This document shows positions 1 to 9,403 of a stretch of 39,775 nucleotides of DNA, in pieces. The translations under genes and the position numbers were made by a program. Every line of letters starts with the position of its first letter. Position 1 is the first letter of the stretch. The stretch covers positions 1 through 39,775 of the forward strand of contig JASHTB010000067.1 of the NCBI GenBank assembly GCA_030040775.1, read 5' to 3'. This DNA comes from Thermoplasmata archaeon. GTDB lineage: Archaea > Thermoplasmatota > Thermoplasmata > Lutacidiplasmatales > UBA184. The notes beneath the pieces were generated by a model, which ran no database searches, was not told where the DNA came from, and worked only from the letters and a program-made list of their open reading frames with translations.

Positions 1-31
1 CTTTTTCCTCCTCGGAGAGCGTTGGGTCCAT
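1..31 (-). CDS. 5' end of a gene running off the left edge (MDPTLSEEEK...), possibly nadA or nadC given its position after nadB
   Basis: ATG at 31 (minus strand) with an open frame to the edge. AT-rich GTTATG box about 24 nt upstream. Identity is inferred from context only. Confidence 0.4.
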   Translation of the reverse strand, partial: MDPTLSEEEK

Positions 32-62
32 GCGAAGCCGGACGACCACCGAGGCATAACGG

Positions 63-1643
63 TTATCGGCGGCGCGCCCCGCGACTCGACGGTCGGCTCG
101 CCCGGAGGAGGCCGATGTGCCGACGCCACTCCGGCCGCGAGCGCGGGAAGTCTGCCCGGTAGTGGGCGCCGCGGCTCTCGGTCCGGGTGAGCGCCGCGCG
201 AGCGATGAGCGACGCGGTGAGGCAGGCGTTCGCGGCCGCCCCGGGCAGCTCGTCCTCTCCTCCGGGCTCGACGGTTCGGGCGATCCGCTCGAGCTCCTCG
301 ATCGCCGATCGGAGTCCGACTGCGGTCCGAACGATCCCCACGTCGTTCCAGAGGAGGTCGCGCACGTCCTCTTGGAGGGACGGTTCCGCCCGCCGTCCCG
401 AACCTCCGGCCCACGGGATCTCGATAAGACGCTCGGGAGGGTTCGGGGCCCGGGCGACCGGGTGGACGAGCTCGCGCGCCACCCGTTCCCCGAAGACGAC
501 TCCCTCGAGCAGCGAGTTGCTCGCGAGCCGGTTCGCCCCATGGACCCCGGTCGACGCAACCTCGCCCGCGGCGTAGAGGCCCCGAAGGTTCGTCCTGCCG
601 TCCAGGTCGGTCGTGACGCCACCCATCATGAAGTGAGCGGCCGGAGTCACCGGGATCCGGTCCCGGGACGGGTCGAGCCCGTAGGTGGCGAGGAACCGAC
701 AGATCGTTGGGAAGCGAATGAACAGGCGGTCGCGTGGGATGGCCGTAGCATCGAGGTAGACGCACGGCGACCCGGTCCGATGCATCTCCCGGTCGATCGC
801 GCGGGCGACGACGTCGCGCGGCGCCATTTCCGCGTCCCGGTGCACTCCGACCATGAACCGCTCTCCCGCTGCGTTGACCAGCACCGCCCCTTCGCCGCGG
901 AACGCTTCGGTGATCAGGAATCGAGGGGCCCCTTCCCTCCAGAAGACCGTCGGATGGAACTGGATGAACTCCATGTCGGTCAGGAGCGCTCCCGCTCGGA
1001 ACGCGACCGCGACGCCCTCGCCCGTGGCGATCGAAGGATTCGAGCTCTGACGGTAGAGGCTGCCGGCGCCGCCGGTCGCGAGCACAACCGGGCGAGGCTC
1101 CAGGACCTCGAGAGAACCCCCTTCGGCGTCGGTCAGATGGGCCTTCGGACCTTCCCGGTCCCTCGGCTCGAGGCGTCGCAGTACCGTCCGCTCCCGGACG
1201 TCGATGCCGGCGTCTAGGACGCGCCGTTTCAGCGCCTCTTCGATCGAAAGGCCGGTCGCGTCCCCGCCGGCGTGGAGGATTCGGGCGCGGGAGTGCGCGG
1301 CCTCGCGGCCGAGGGAGATCTGGCCCTCGACCGTATCGAACGGAACGCCGTACCGGACGAGGTCGGCGATTCGGGCCGGCGCGTCGGAAGTGAGGACCCT
1401 GGCCGCCTCGTGATGGACGAGGCCGTCCCCGGCACGGATCGTGTCCGCGAGGTGAAGCGCCGGAGAGTCGTCGGGTCCAATCGCCGCGGCGATACCCCCC
1501 TGGGCGTAGCGGGTGTTCGACTCCTCGATCCGTGATTTCGTCACGATCGTGGGCTTGAGGCCGAGCTCGCGGCAGCGGAGCGAGACGTAGAGGCCGGCGA
1601 TGCCGCTCCCGATCACGAGCGGCCGACGGGCGCCGTCCGTCAC
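63..1643 (-). CDS. nadB: L-aspartate oxidase
   Basis: FAD motif VIGSGIAG, plus SNTRYAQGGIAA, EAAHSRARILHAGGDATG, EFIQFHPT, LITEAFRGEG and GVHGANRLASNSLLE. Start moved to GTG 1643, which has GAGG upstream and TATA at 1667-1670; the ORF-track extension to 1958 is spurious. Confidence 0.95.
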   Translation of the reverse strand: MTDGARRPLVIGSGIAGLYVSLRCRELGLKPTIVTKSRIEESNTRYAQGGIAAAIGPDDSPALHLADTIRAGDGLVHHEAARVLTSDAPARIADLVRYGVPFDTVEGQISLGREAAHSRARILHAGGDATGLSIEEALKRRVLDAGIDVRERTVLRRLEPRDREGPKAHLTDAEGGSLEVLEPRPVVLATGGAGSLYRQSSNPSIATGEGVAVAFRAGALLTDMEFIQFHPTVFWREGAPRFLITEAFRGEGAVLVNAAGERFMVGVHRDAEMAPRDVVARAIDREMHRTGSPCVYLDATAIPRDRLFIRFPTICRFLATYGLDPSRDRIPVTPAAHFMMGGVTTDLDGRTNLRGLYAAGEVASTGVHGANRLASNSLLEGVVFGERVARELVHPVARAPNPPERLIEIPWAGGSGRRAEPSLQEDVRDLLWNDVGIVRTAVGLRSAIEELERIARTVEPGGEDELPGAAANACLTASLIARAALTRTESRGAHYRADFPRSRPEWRRHIGLLRASRPSSRGARRR

Positions 1644-1730
1644 GCGCCTCGGACCGGATCGGTCGGTATAGCAACTTCTCCTGCTGGGTTCGCGCTCTAT
1701 ATGTTGCGAGCGGAATGCGCGACGGAGGCG

Positions 1731-3101
1731 GTGGAGTCGGTGAACTCGGAGCCGGACTGGCGGTCGGCCGTACGCGTCCGGGAGGACTCCGCCCTTGCTT
1801 CGGAGCTTACCGAGCGGCTGGCTCGGGCGAGCCCGCAACCGGCCGTGGGCGTCACCGACTTGGTCGCGCTCCGGCGGGCGTTCTGGCGGCGTTCCGGTCC
1901 TCCGGTTCCGATCCCTCCCGAGCGTGAGGCGCGCATCGAGGCCGGTCGCCGGTTGCATCGACAGCTGGAACGAGTCGTCGCGCCGGACGGCGCGCTCGAG
2001 GTTCGAGTGCGCCGGGACGGCCTCGTCGGCCGTGTGGACGCGCTCACCGACCGTCCGATCGAGCTGAAGACGTCCTCCCGCGTCGTGGAGCCGGAGTCCC
2101 TCGTCGCCGACCGGCCGGACCAGGTCGAGCAGCTCGGGATGTACTGTGCCCTCCTCGACCGTCCGGTCGGCCGCCTCGTCGCTCTGGCCACGCCCTCCGG
2201 TTCGGTCGAGGGAGTCCGAACCTGCGACATCGCGTACCGAGACCTTCCGGCGATCCGCGGCGAGATGGTGCGGCGGGCGGACCGGCTGCGAGAAAGCCTC
2301 GGCCTAGGCCGGGCCGCCGGACTTCCCCGATGCCGATGGTTCGCTCTGGGCTGCGAGTACCGAATCGAGGGGACCTGCGACTGCACGGGAAACGAACCGG
2401 AGACCTCCTCGTTCGTCCTCGAGCAGGTCGAGAAGATCGAGCCGCGGCCCGACGTGGATGCCGATCTCGAACCACGGCTCCGCGCCGTTCCTCGAGGGGC
2501 GCCGGGCCCTGTCGTCCGTCGTTTCCGGGACATGATCTATCCCCGCCGAGCGTACTATGACGAGACCCGGCCGATTCCCCCGGTCCACGAGGCGGCCAGC
2601 CCCGAACGAGCCGCGGGACGGGAATCGTACCGACGGCTCCTCGAGGCGTTCGAGGGTGGTCCGGTCGGAGAGGTCACCCGTCTTCCTTCCCTCGCAGATG
2701 AACCCGAAGAGGAGGTCGGGGGGTTCCGGGGTGAGCCGTTCCTCCTCCGGGCCTCCCGGGCCAAGGCGCCGCGAAGCGCCGAGGAGCTGCTCGACCGGTC
2801 GCCTCAGTATGCCCTCGAGCTCGGGTTCCGGTGCGTGGCCACCGGTCACTCGTCGGGCCGAGCGATCGTCGGCTTCGAGTCGGTCGCCGGCCGCGCGGGA
2901 GAGGTCCGCGTGGTCGAGTTCGCCTTCTCGCCGATCAGCACGTTCTCTCGGCTGTGGCGCGAGAGGAGCCACCGGTGGGAGGAGGCAGTCCGCGCGCGGA
3001 CCCCCCTCGCGCTCACTCCGTGTCCGGCGTGGATGTTCGCCGCCTGCCCTTACCGAGCCGAGTGCGCGTGCGACTCGGCCGGTGGGCGTTCCCAGCGGTA
3101 G
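1731..3101 (+). CDS. Tandem Cas4-like / PD-(D/E)XK nuclease-family protein with two Cys-rich modules
   Basis: Domain 1: VTDL..RRAFW, GRRLH, GRVDAL...IELKT, EQLGMY, CRWFALGCEYRIEGTCDC. Domain 2: RDMIYPRRAYY...CPAWMFAACPYRAECAC. Likely start is GTG 1731 after GGAGG (alternative 1701). Confidence 0.75.
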   Translation: MESVNSEPDWRSAVRVREDSALASELTERLARASPQPAVGVTDLVALRRAFWRRSGPPVPIPPEREARIEAGRRLHRQLERVVAPDGALEVRVRRDGLVGRVDALTDRPIELKTSSRVVEPESLVADRPDQVEQLGMYCALLDRPVGRLVALATPSGSVEGVRTCDIAYRDLPAIRGEMVRRADRLRESLGLGRAAGLPRCRWFALGCEYRIEGTCDCTGNEPETSSFVLEQVEKIEPRPDVDADLEPRLRAVPRGAPGPVVRRFRDMIYPRRAYYDETRPIPPVHEAASPERAAGRESYRRLLEAFEGGPVGEVTRLPSLADEPEEEVGGFRGEPFLLRASRAKAPRSAEELLDRSPQYALELGFRCVATGHSSGRAIVGFESVAGRAGEVRVVEFAFSPISTFSRLWRERSHRWEEAVRARTPLALTPCPAWMFAACPYRAECACDSAGGRSQR

Positions 3102-4015
3102 ATCGTCGCGCTCGCGATGGTCCGGAAGCCGTTCGCGTCGTAGAGCCGGCGGGCCTGCTCGTTCGACCGGGTTACCCAGAGATGGACGCTCGAGTAGCCG
3201 AGCGCCCAGAGCGCTCGCATTCCCCAGCGGAGGAGACGCTCGCCCAGTCCCCGACCTCGGTGGGCCGGGTCGACCATGAAGTCGAGGAAGATTCCACGGC
3301 GAGCCGACTGCTCGGCCGACAGGATCGCGCCCACGAGACGGGAGGGTTCGGTCGTGACGAGGGCGGCCGACGCCTCGGGGAGGAACCGCCCGAGCCTTCC
3401 GTCCATGAGGGCGCGGAGAATCCGGGCGTAGTCCTCGGAGGAGCGTCCGATGAGGAGCTCGTCGGTCGTCCCCGCGAACGCGCGATGGTCGAGGTCGGCG
3501 AGGGCCTCGAGGGTCACGTCGGAAAGGGGGACCTGCCGAAGGCCCGGGGGAAGGGGTCTTCCCTCGGTAGCGTCGGACGGTCCGAGGGTCCGTTCCATCG
3601 CGTCCCGCTCGATCACGGTCGACCCCGGTCGGGTCGCGAGCCGTTCGAGGACGCGTCGCTCCTCCTGGGGGGGTAGGCCGGTGAAGCCGAGGTCGACCGA
3701 GGTCAGGTCGGACGCGGTCTTCTCGAGAAGGACGGTCGCGAGCCGGAACGCCCGGTCCTCTGCGCCAGCAGCTCCCGCGACGTGCACATGGCCGAAGCCC
3801 TCGGCCCCTCGGACCGTGTAGAACGCCAGGCCGCCGCCTTCCGACGTAGGGTAGAACCAACCGGTCTTACGGCCGGCGGTGAGGTCGGCGGCGACCTCCT
3901 CCACCCACGCGCCGGTCGGTGACTCCTCCCGGTTCGCGAGCGCACGCCGAAGGAGCTGCGCGAGCTCGAGCAGCTCCTCCGACGGAGCGCCGAGCGTCGA
4001 CCGCGGAGCGTCCAC
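3050..4015 (-). CDS. GNAT family N-acetyltransferase, probably with two GNAT-like halves
   Basis: C-terminal acetyl-CoA motif MVDPAHRGRGLG and LWVTRSNEQARRLYDANGF. The 321 aa length suggests an additional N-terminal domain. Confidence 0.85.
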   Translation of the reverse strand: MDAPRSTLGAPSEELLELAQLLRRALANREESPTGAWVEEVAADLTAGRKTGWFYPTSEGGGLAFYTVRGAEGFGHVHVAGAAGAEDRAFRLATVLLEKTASDLTSVDLGFTGLPPQEERRVLERLATRPGSTVIERDAMERTLGPSDATEGRPLPPGLRQVPLSDVTLEALADLDHRAFAGTTDELLIGRSSEDYARILRALMDGRLGRFLPEASAALVTTEPSRLVGAILSAEQSARRGIFLDFMVDPAHRGRGLGERLLRWGMRALWALGYSSVHLWVTRSNEQARRLYDANGFRTIASATIYRWERPPAESHAHSAR

Positions 4016-4030
4016 GTTCGCCTCCCCCGC

Positions 4031-4906
4031 TCACGAGGGAGACTCGCGCTGCAGGATCTGCGCGATATCGGGAGCCACGGAGGCTTTCTCGGCCGGGTTG
4101 CCTAAGGTGTCGGTCGAGTAGACCTCGTCCGTCACCGCTTTGATCCGCTCGAACGCGTCGCGAAGAAACAGCCCGTGCGTGCACGCAGCGCTGACTGCCC
4201 CGACTCCCTGCTTCTTGAGGAGCTTGGCCGCCTCGACGATCGTGCCGCCCGTGGTGATGACGTCGTCGATGATCACGGCGTGTTTGCCCTGGATGGGCAC
4301 GGATAGGTTCGCCGGCATCGACAGCTCGACCCGCTCGCTGTCGATCCGCTTCTTCTCTAGGGCGAACCACGGTTTCTCCAACAGCTGCGCCATCCGGCGG
4401 ACCCGGTCGATCCCTCCCTTGTCCGGAGAGACGAGGACATCGGTGGGTCGTTCCCGAAGCAATCGGGCGATGGCGGGGATGCCGCTCGCCTCGAACGCCG
4501 GCTTCGTGAAGTGGGCGAGGGTCTGGGCAGAATGGAGGTCGACGGTGACGACGAGGTCCGCATCGAGCTCCACGTGCCGGCAAAGCGCCCGAGCGCTTAC
4601 GGGTTCTCCGGGAAAGAACCGGCGGTCCTGCCGTGCGTAACCGAAGTAGGGGACCACCACCAGGGTCCGCCGAGCTCCCGCCTCTCGCACCGCGTCCTCG
4701 AGCAACAGAAGTTCGAGCAGGTCCTGGTCGGTGCGGGTCGACTGGACGACGACGACGTCGTCGCCCTCGAGTCGTCCTCCGACCCGGAGGTACAGTTCTC
4801 CGTCCGGGAAGCGCTTCGTGAACGGGATACCGAAGGGGGCGTTACCGAGCTCCCGCGAGATCCGCTCGGCGAGAGCAGTCGAGGCGGTCCCCCCGATGAC
4901 GTGCAT
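4031..4906 (-). CDS. prs: Ribose-phosphate pyrophosphokinase
   Basis: RFPDGELY, PYFGYARQDR, VDLHS, SPDKGG, IIDDVITTGGT, CTHGLF. Confidence 0.97.
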   Translation of the reverse strand: MHVIGGTASTALAERISRELGNAPFGIPFTKRFPDGELYLRVGGRLEGDDVVVVQSTRTDQDLLELLLLEDAVREAGARRTLVVVPYFGYARQDRRFFPGEPVSARALCRHVELDADLVVTVDLHSAQTLAHFTKPAFEASGIPAIARLLRERPTDVLVSPDKGGIDRVRRMAQLLEKPWFALEKKRIDSERVELSMPANLSVPIQGKHAVIIDDVITTGGTIVEAAKLLKKQGVGAVSAACTHGLFLRDAFERIKAVTDEVYSTDTLGNPAEKASVAPDIAQILQRESPS

Positions 4907-4998
4907 TCGACGGCGCTCCTGTCGAGCGGACGGGGTCTCGAACTAAAAGTTTGCTCTGTTGCGAAGGACCGGAGCGGCAGCGGAAGGCGGTCTTCGCC

Positions 4999-6360
4999 TC
5001 ACAGCTCGTCGTCGCTGGCCTTCGGGGCGGACTTCTTTGACCGGCGGACTCGGGGGCGGGGTCGCCCGCGGTGGGCCCCCCGGTCCGGTTCCTTCGGCGG
5101 GACCCGGCGATGCGAACGTCGAGGAGGCCCCTCCTCTTCGTCCTCGTCCTCGGGTTCCCGACGCCACGGACGCAGCGACCCCCAACCCTGGCGCGCTCGG
5201 CCACGGCCTTCCGACGACCCTTCTTTCGCACCTTCGGCCTCGTCCTCTTCCTCCTTTCTGAGCGGCGTCTCGATCCCTTCTACGCGAAGGGCATAGTGGA
5301 CCCCGAAGGCGAGCAGGATGGCGCCCGTGATCGTCAAGCCCATGAACTCCCACGATTGGGAAGGCACCTCGGCGGTGTTCCCCTCGAAGAGGAGCTTGAG
5401 GGAACCGAACCACGGGATCATTCCACGCGCGACCCCGATCACCCACGACGGCTCAACGAGCTCGCTGATCGCGGGCCCCCCCGGGGTCGTTCCGGCCTCC
5501 TGGTCGGGTTCGCCCGTACAGCCGCGTCCCGGGGTGCATACCACGTTGTTGTCTCCCATCGTCACGAATCCCGAGTGGTCTCCGAGCGCCGGGGACGATA
5601 GGTCCAGCGCGACGTTCGCGGACTCCCATCCGATGTGGTAGAGGTCGAGCGTGCCGGTAAGGTTCGTCGTGCCGCAGTCGTTCAGGGTCCCGGGCGTCGC
5701 GTAGACCGCGTTGGAGGCCGAGCCGCACGGAAGTCCGTTCAGTTCGCTCGCATCGTAGCTCGAGGAGCTCGGGTTCCAGGAGAGGTAAACGATCGCACGA
5801 TGGATCACGGGCGTCCCCCCTCCGCCGTTGGGATGGTAGAGAACGACATCGCCGTACTCGCCGTACGTGGAGTAACTGGTCTGGAGTCCCACCACGTAAG
5901 GCACAATGGTGCTCGCGTCGACCTTCTCGGCGAGGACGAGGTCTCCCGTGTTGATCAGACCAAGAATGTCGTTCGGTCCGTGCTGCATGCTGTCCGATTC
6001 GACGACATAGACCGGCGGCCAGTTCTGGGTGTAGGCGTAGAGACCGGAGAGGAGGACCACGATGACCGCGAGCGCGACCAGAGGCTCGAAGTAGAGCGAG
6101 TCACGGGCCCGCCAGAACACCGGGTGGCGTTCCCGGGATAGCCAGTGAGGCCTCGCCCCGGCCCGCGGCGTTTCGGAATCCACTTCCTCGTCCTCGTCGT
6201 CCTCGGGTCCCCTCCACCGTCGAACAGGAGGAGGACGTGAGGAGGGGTTCCGGCGGGGTCGGCGCCGTCGCGCCCGCCGGTAGCTCTCCTCCTCTTCCTC
6301 CTCGTCCTCGTCGTCAAGATCTTCGTCGTCCGACCGGGACGGCCGGTGAGGCAGAACCAT
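4999..6360 (-). CDS. Archaeal signal peptidase I (S26, Sec11-type) with charged disordered termini
   Basis: TM segment, then VVESDSMQH (catalytic Ser), INTGDLV, PVIHRA (His) and TMGDNN, then a C-terminal TM. Start ATG 6360 chosen because a TTATG box lies about 25 nt upstream. Confidence 0.88.
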   Translation of the reverse strand: MVLPHRPSRSDDEDLDDEDEEEEEESYRRARRRRPRRNPSSRPPPVRRWRGPEDDEDEEVDSETPRAGARPHWLSRERHPVFWRARDSLYFEPLVALAVIVVLLSGLYAYTQNWPPVYVVESDSMQHGPNDILGLINTGDLVLAEKVDASTIVPYVVGLQTSYSTYGEYGDVVLYHPNGGGGTPVIHRAIVYLSWNPSSSSYDASELNGLPCGSASNAVYATPGTLNDCGTTNLTGTLDLYHIGWESANVALDLSSPALGDHSGFVTMGDNNVVCTPGRGCTGEPDQEAGTTPGGPAISELVEPSWVIGVARGMIPWFGSLKLLFEGNTAEVPSQSWEFMGLTITGAILLAFGVHYALRVEGIETPLRKEEEDEAEGAKEGSSEGRGRARQGWGSLRPWRREPEDEDEEEGPPRRSHRRVPPKEPDRGAHRGRPRPRVRRSKKSAPKASDDEL

Positions 6361-6509
6361 CCTCGATGCCTGCCCGAAGGGTCGCATAACCCTTCGGCTC
6401 GACGGGCACGAGCGCGGATCGTGCCCTGGGAGTCGAGGGAGAGCGACACGCGAACTCTTAAGGTCCGGTGTCGCCCCCGGACGAGGGAGAGCTCGCCCCG
6501 GAGGACCCC

Positions 6510-7139
6510 ATGCACCGTTTCGACGTTTCGATGCCGCTCTTTCCGGGCATGCCTGCGTTTCCAGGAGACCCTGCGTTCGACGCCCGGTCCGTCCGGTCGG
6601 TCGACCACGGCGATGCGTACAGCGTCTCGGCGCTCACGATGAGCTCTCACGCCGGCACCCACGTCGACCCGCCGAGCCACTTCGTCGCCGGAGGAGAGAC
6701 CGTGGACCGGCTCGACCTCTCCCGGTTGAACGGTCCGTGTCGCGTGGTCGAGATCCCGGGCGCGGCTCCTTCGGTCGGCCCGGAGGAGGCGACCCAAGTA
6801 CCGTCGGCGACGACTCGGGTGCTCTTCCGGACCCGCAACTCTCTTCGCTGGAAGGAGAAGCTCGCGTTCTTTCCTGACTACGTCGCCCTGAACGAGGCCG
6901 GAGCGCGCGTCCTCCTCGACCGAGGGGTTCGGCTCGTCGGCATCGATTCGCTGTCGGTCGAGTCGGACCCGACCGGCCGGTTCCCCGTGCACCACCTTCT
7001 CCTTGGAAACGGGGCGCTGATCCTCGAGGGGCTCCTCCTCGCCGAGGTGCCTCCCGGAGAGTACGAGCTCGATTGCCTACCGATTCGGGTTCGCGGTGGC
7101 GACGGTGGCCCGGCGCGGGTCGTCCTGCGCAGGCCCTGA
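6510..7139 (+). CDS. Cyclase-family metal hydrolase (kynurenine formamidase KynB-like)
   Basis: HAGTHVDPPSH metal motif, VGIDSLSV, ILEGL, DGGPARV. GGAGG precedes ATG 6510 (alternative GTG 6468). Confidence 0.9.
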   Translation: MHRFDVSMPLFPGMPAFPGDPAFDARSVRSVDHGDAYSVSALTMSSHAGTHVDPPSHFVAGGETVDRLDLSRLNGPCRVVEIPGAAPSVGPEEATQVPSATTRVLFRTRNSLRWKEKLAFFPDYVALNEAGARVLLDRGVRLVGIDSLSVESDPTGRFPVHHLLLGNGALILEGLLLAEVPPGEYELDCLPIRVRGGDGGPARVVLRRP

Positions 7140-7148
7140 CGGACGGCC

Positions 7149-7580
7149 ATGCCGCCCGCACCACCGGGCGCGGGGTCGGCCCCGCTCTCGCTCGCGACGC
7201 CGGCGTTCTACCTCTTGGTCGCCGTGCTCGGACTGTTCGTCGTGATGCTTCTCGTCCTGCGTAGCTACTACCCGAACCGCAAGCGGGGCTTCGAGGGGTA
7301 CCTCGATGCCGCCGGGGTGAGCCTCGCCTTTCTCGTCTTCGGCGTGGCGCTGGTCGTGTTTCTCGTCCTTCGCGACCCTGACGGGAACGCGACCTCGTGG
7401 GCCCTCTACGAGACTATCCTCAGCGGCTATTGGCTCGCCTTCGCAATCCCGGTGGTGACGGTCGGTAGCTCCGTGGAGGCTCGCAGCCGCGGGACGATCC
7501 GCTGGATGGTCCCTTCGGTCTTCGTGGCGGCGCTGATGTTCCTCGGTATCTTCGCCTACTATTACTCCCGCCTCCGCTGA
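7149..7580 (+). CDS. Hypothetical membrane protein with about 4 TM helices
   Basis: Four hydrophobic stretches; 9 nt downstream of the cyclase gene on the same strand. Confidence 0.75.
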   Translation: MPPAPPGAGSAPLSLATPAFYLLVAVLGLFVVMLLVLRSYYPNRKRGFEGYLDAAGVSLAFLVFGVALVVFLVLRDPDGNATSWALYETILSGYWLAFAIPVVTVGSSVEARSRGTIRWMVPSVFVAALMFLGIFAYYYSRLR

Positions 7581-7611
7581 GACGGCCCAAGTCCGAGCGG
7601 GACGCCGGGGC

Positions 7612-7794
7612 CTAGTCGCGCTCGTCGGGGGGCAGGAGGTCCGGGATCCCGTCCTCGATCGGGTAGTCGACCCGGCATTTCGGGCAGCTGAGGGTTCCCT
7701 CGACGATCTCCTCGCCCTCGCGCCGACGCTCGGCGAGCGTCAGCTCGCCCCGGCAGACCGGGCAGCGCAGGATCTCGAGAAGGTCCGGCTTCAT
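7612..7794 (-). CDS. Trm112-family methyltransferase activator (Zn finger)
   Basis: LLEILRCPVCRG...LSCPKCRVDYPIEDGIPDLL; ATGA-coupled to eIF2gamma. Confidence 0.92.
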   Translation of the reverse strand: MKPDLLEILRCPVCRGELTLAERRREGEEIVEGTLSCPKCRVDYPIEDGIPDLLPPDERD

Positions 7795-9029
7795 CCCTTG
7801 GCTCCGGCCTCGATGATTCCGAACCCGATCAGGCGCCAGGCGTTGAGCCGACGCGAGATCGCGACGCGGCTTCCGGGAAAGACGGTGACCGAACGGTTGA
7901 GCGCTAGCTCGACCTCATCGCCGCGGGCGCTCGTGACCTTCCCGCTCGCCACCGTCGTGCCGACCGTCACGGCGAGGAGCTCGCTTGTACGGATCTTCTC
8001 GACCTTGATCTCCCGCTGAGCCCCCAGCACGCGGTCCAAGAGCGTCGCTTTCAAACGGATCTTCTGGCTCACGGCCGGCAGCGTCCCCGGAGTCCCGATC
8101 AGCCGACCGGTGAGACCGTCTCCCTTGGCGAGCGCGGGGTCGAGCCCGGTGCCGAGCGCGGCGAGGCCCCCCGGGTGCAGCTCGTCCCACTCTTGCCCGC
8201 CGGAAACGATGGACGTGACGGCGGTCGTCAGCGACTCGCCAGCGCTTCCCGTCGCCCCGGAGCGTCCCGGCCGGATCTCGATCTCCTCTCCTTTGCGGAT
8301 TCGACCCTGGAGGAGAGAGCCTCCCAGCACTCCCCCCCGCAGGCCCCCGGGACGAGTGCCCGGACGGTTCACATCGAACGACCGGGCGACGTACATCAGC
8401 GGGGGTTTTGCCGCGTCGCGAACGGGGGTCGGTATCGTCTGCTCGATCGCGCCGATCAGCGCGTCGATCCCGACCTTATGGTTCGCGCTGACGGGGATTA
8501 CCGGCGCGGCGGAGATCGGCGAACCTTTGAGGAACTCCACGATCTCCCGATAGTTCGCCTCCGCATCCTCCGCCGAAAGAAGGTCGATCTTGTTCTGGAC
8601 GACCACGACCTTGTGGACCCCGATGATGTCGAGCGCATAGAGGTGTTCTCGGGTCTGGGGCTGAGGGACATGCTCGTTTGCCGCCACCAAAAGGAGTGCC
8701 CCGTCCATGATGGCGGCGCCCGAGAGCATCGTCTCCATCAGGGTCTCGTGGCCCGGCGCGTCCACGAACGAGACGGCCCTCAGGAACTTCGCCTCCCCGC
8801 CGCAGGCCGGACACACGGGCTCGGTCGAGTAGCCGGACGGCTCGGGACAGTTCGGGCAGCGGTAGAACGCCGCGTCCGCGTAGCCGAGCTTGATCGAGAT
8901 CCCCCGCTTGAGCTCCTCGGAGTGCCGGTCCGTCCATTCGCCCGTGAGCGCCTGGGTAAGCGTGGTCTTGCCGTGGTCGACGTGCCCGACCAGGCCGATA
9001 TTGACCTCGGGCTGACGGGGGACCTTCAT
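7791..9029 (-). CDS. eif2g: Translation initiation factor aIF2 gamma subunit
   Basis: GHVDHGKT, RGISIKLGYA, Zn ribbon CPNC..CPAC, DAPGHE, PQPQTREH, NKID, WRLIGFG. Confidence 0.98.
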   Translation of the reverse strand: MKVPRQPEVNIGLVGHVDHGKTTLTQALTGEWTDRHSEELKRGISIKLGYADAAFYRCPNCPEPSGYSTEPVCPACGGEAKFLRAVSFVDAPGHETLMETMLSGAAIMDGALLLVAANEHVPQPQTREHLYALDIIGVHKVVVVQNKIDLLSAEDAEANYREIVEFLKGSPISAAPVIPVSANHKVGIDALIGAIEQTIPTPVRDAAKPPLMYVARSFDVNRPGTRPGGLRGGVLGGSLLQGRIRKGEEIEIRPGRSGATGSAGESLTTAVTSIVSGGQEWDELHPGGLAALGTGLDPALAKGDGLTGRLIGTPGTLPAVSQKIRLKATLLDRVLGAQREIKVEKIRTSELLAVTVGTTVASGKVTSARGDEVELALNRSVTVFPGSRVAISRRLNAWRLIGFGIIEAGAKG

Positions 9030-9403
9030 GACGCGCCGAAGAGCTCGGCGAGCGACTTCGGACCCTTGTGTTCCACCACGAGGTTGATCTGGACGGTGTC
9101 CTCGCTGATCGTTCCGCCGCGAAAGGTTCGCCGTCGTCGCATCCCGTCGCGCGGGGCCTCAAAGCCGAACCCTCGGCCGACGAAGAGCCGGGTCTGACGG
9201 GCGCCCGGGACGTCCGGCCGAAGGGGGAAGCCGCTCTTGTCGGTACCTCCGGTGATGCGGAAGGTGTATCCGCTCGCTCCGATGAGCTCCCCTCCGATCG
9301 ATTCGCCGATCCGCTTACCGAGGAAGCCGGCGGCCTGAGGGTCGCCGACCGTCCGGGCGAGCGACTTCGCGGCCTCGGAGATCACGAGCTTGTACTCGAC
9401 CAT
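9026..9403 (-). CDS. rps6e: 30S ribosomal protein S6e
   Basis: GYTFRITGGTDKSGFP, GMRRRRTFRG; conserved rps6e-eif2g linkage. Confidence 0.96.
   Translation of the reverse strand: MVEYKLVISEAAKSLARTVGDPQAAGFLGKRIGESIGGELIGASGYTFRITGGTDKSGFPLRPDVPGARQTRLFVGRGFGFEAPRDGMRRRRTFRGGTISEDTVQINLVVEHKGPKSLAELFGAS

Noticed and set aside
1731-3101. CRISPR-Cas locus around the Cas4-like gene
   Set aside because: No repeat-spacer array, cas1, cas2 or effector genes are visible, and the flanks are housekeeping genes.
6185-6330. TCC/TCG trinucleotide-like repeats
   Set aside because: They are simply the codons for the poly-Asp/Glu tracts of the signal peptidase, not an independent repeat element.
63-7139. 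Unified NAD-biosynthesis cluster (nadB, prs, KynB-like cyclase)
   Set aside because: The genes are in separate units interleaved with unrelated genes, cyclase specificity is unknown, and no kynA or kynU is seen.
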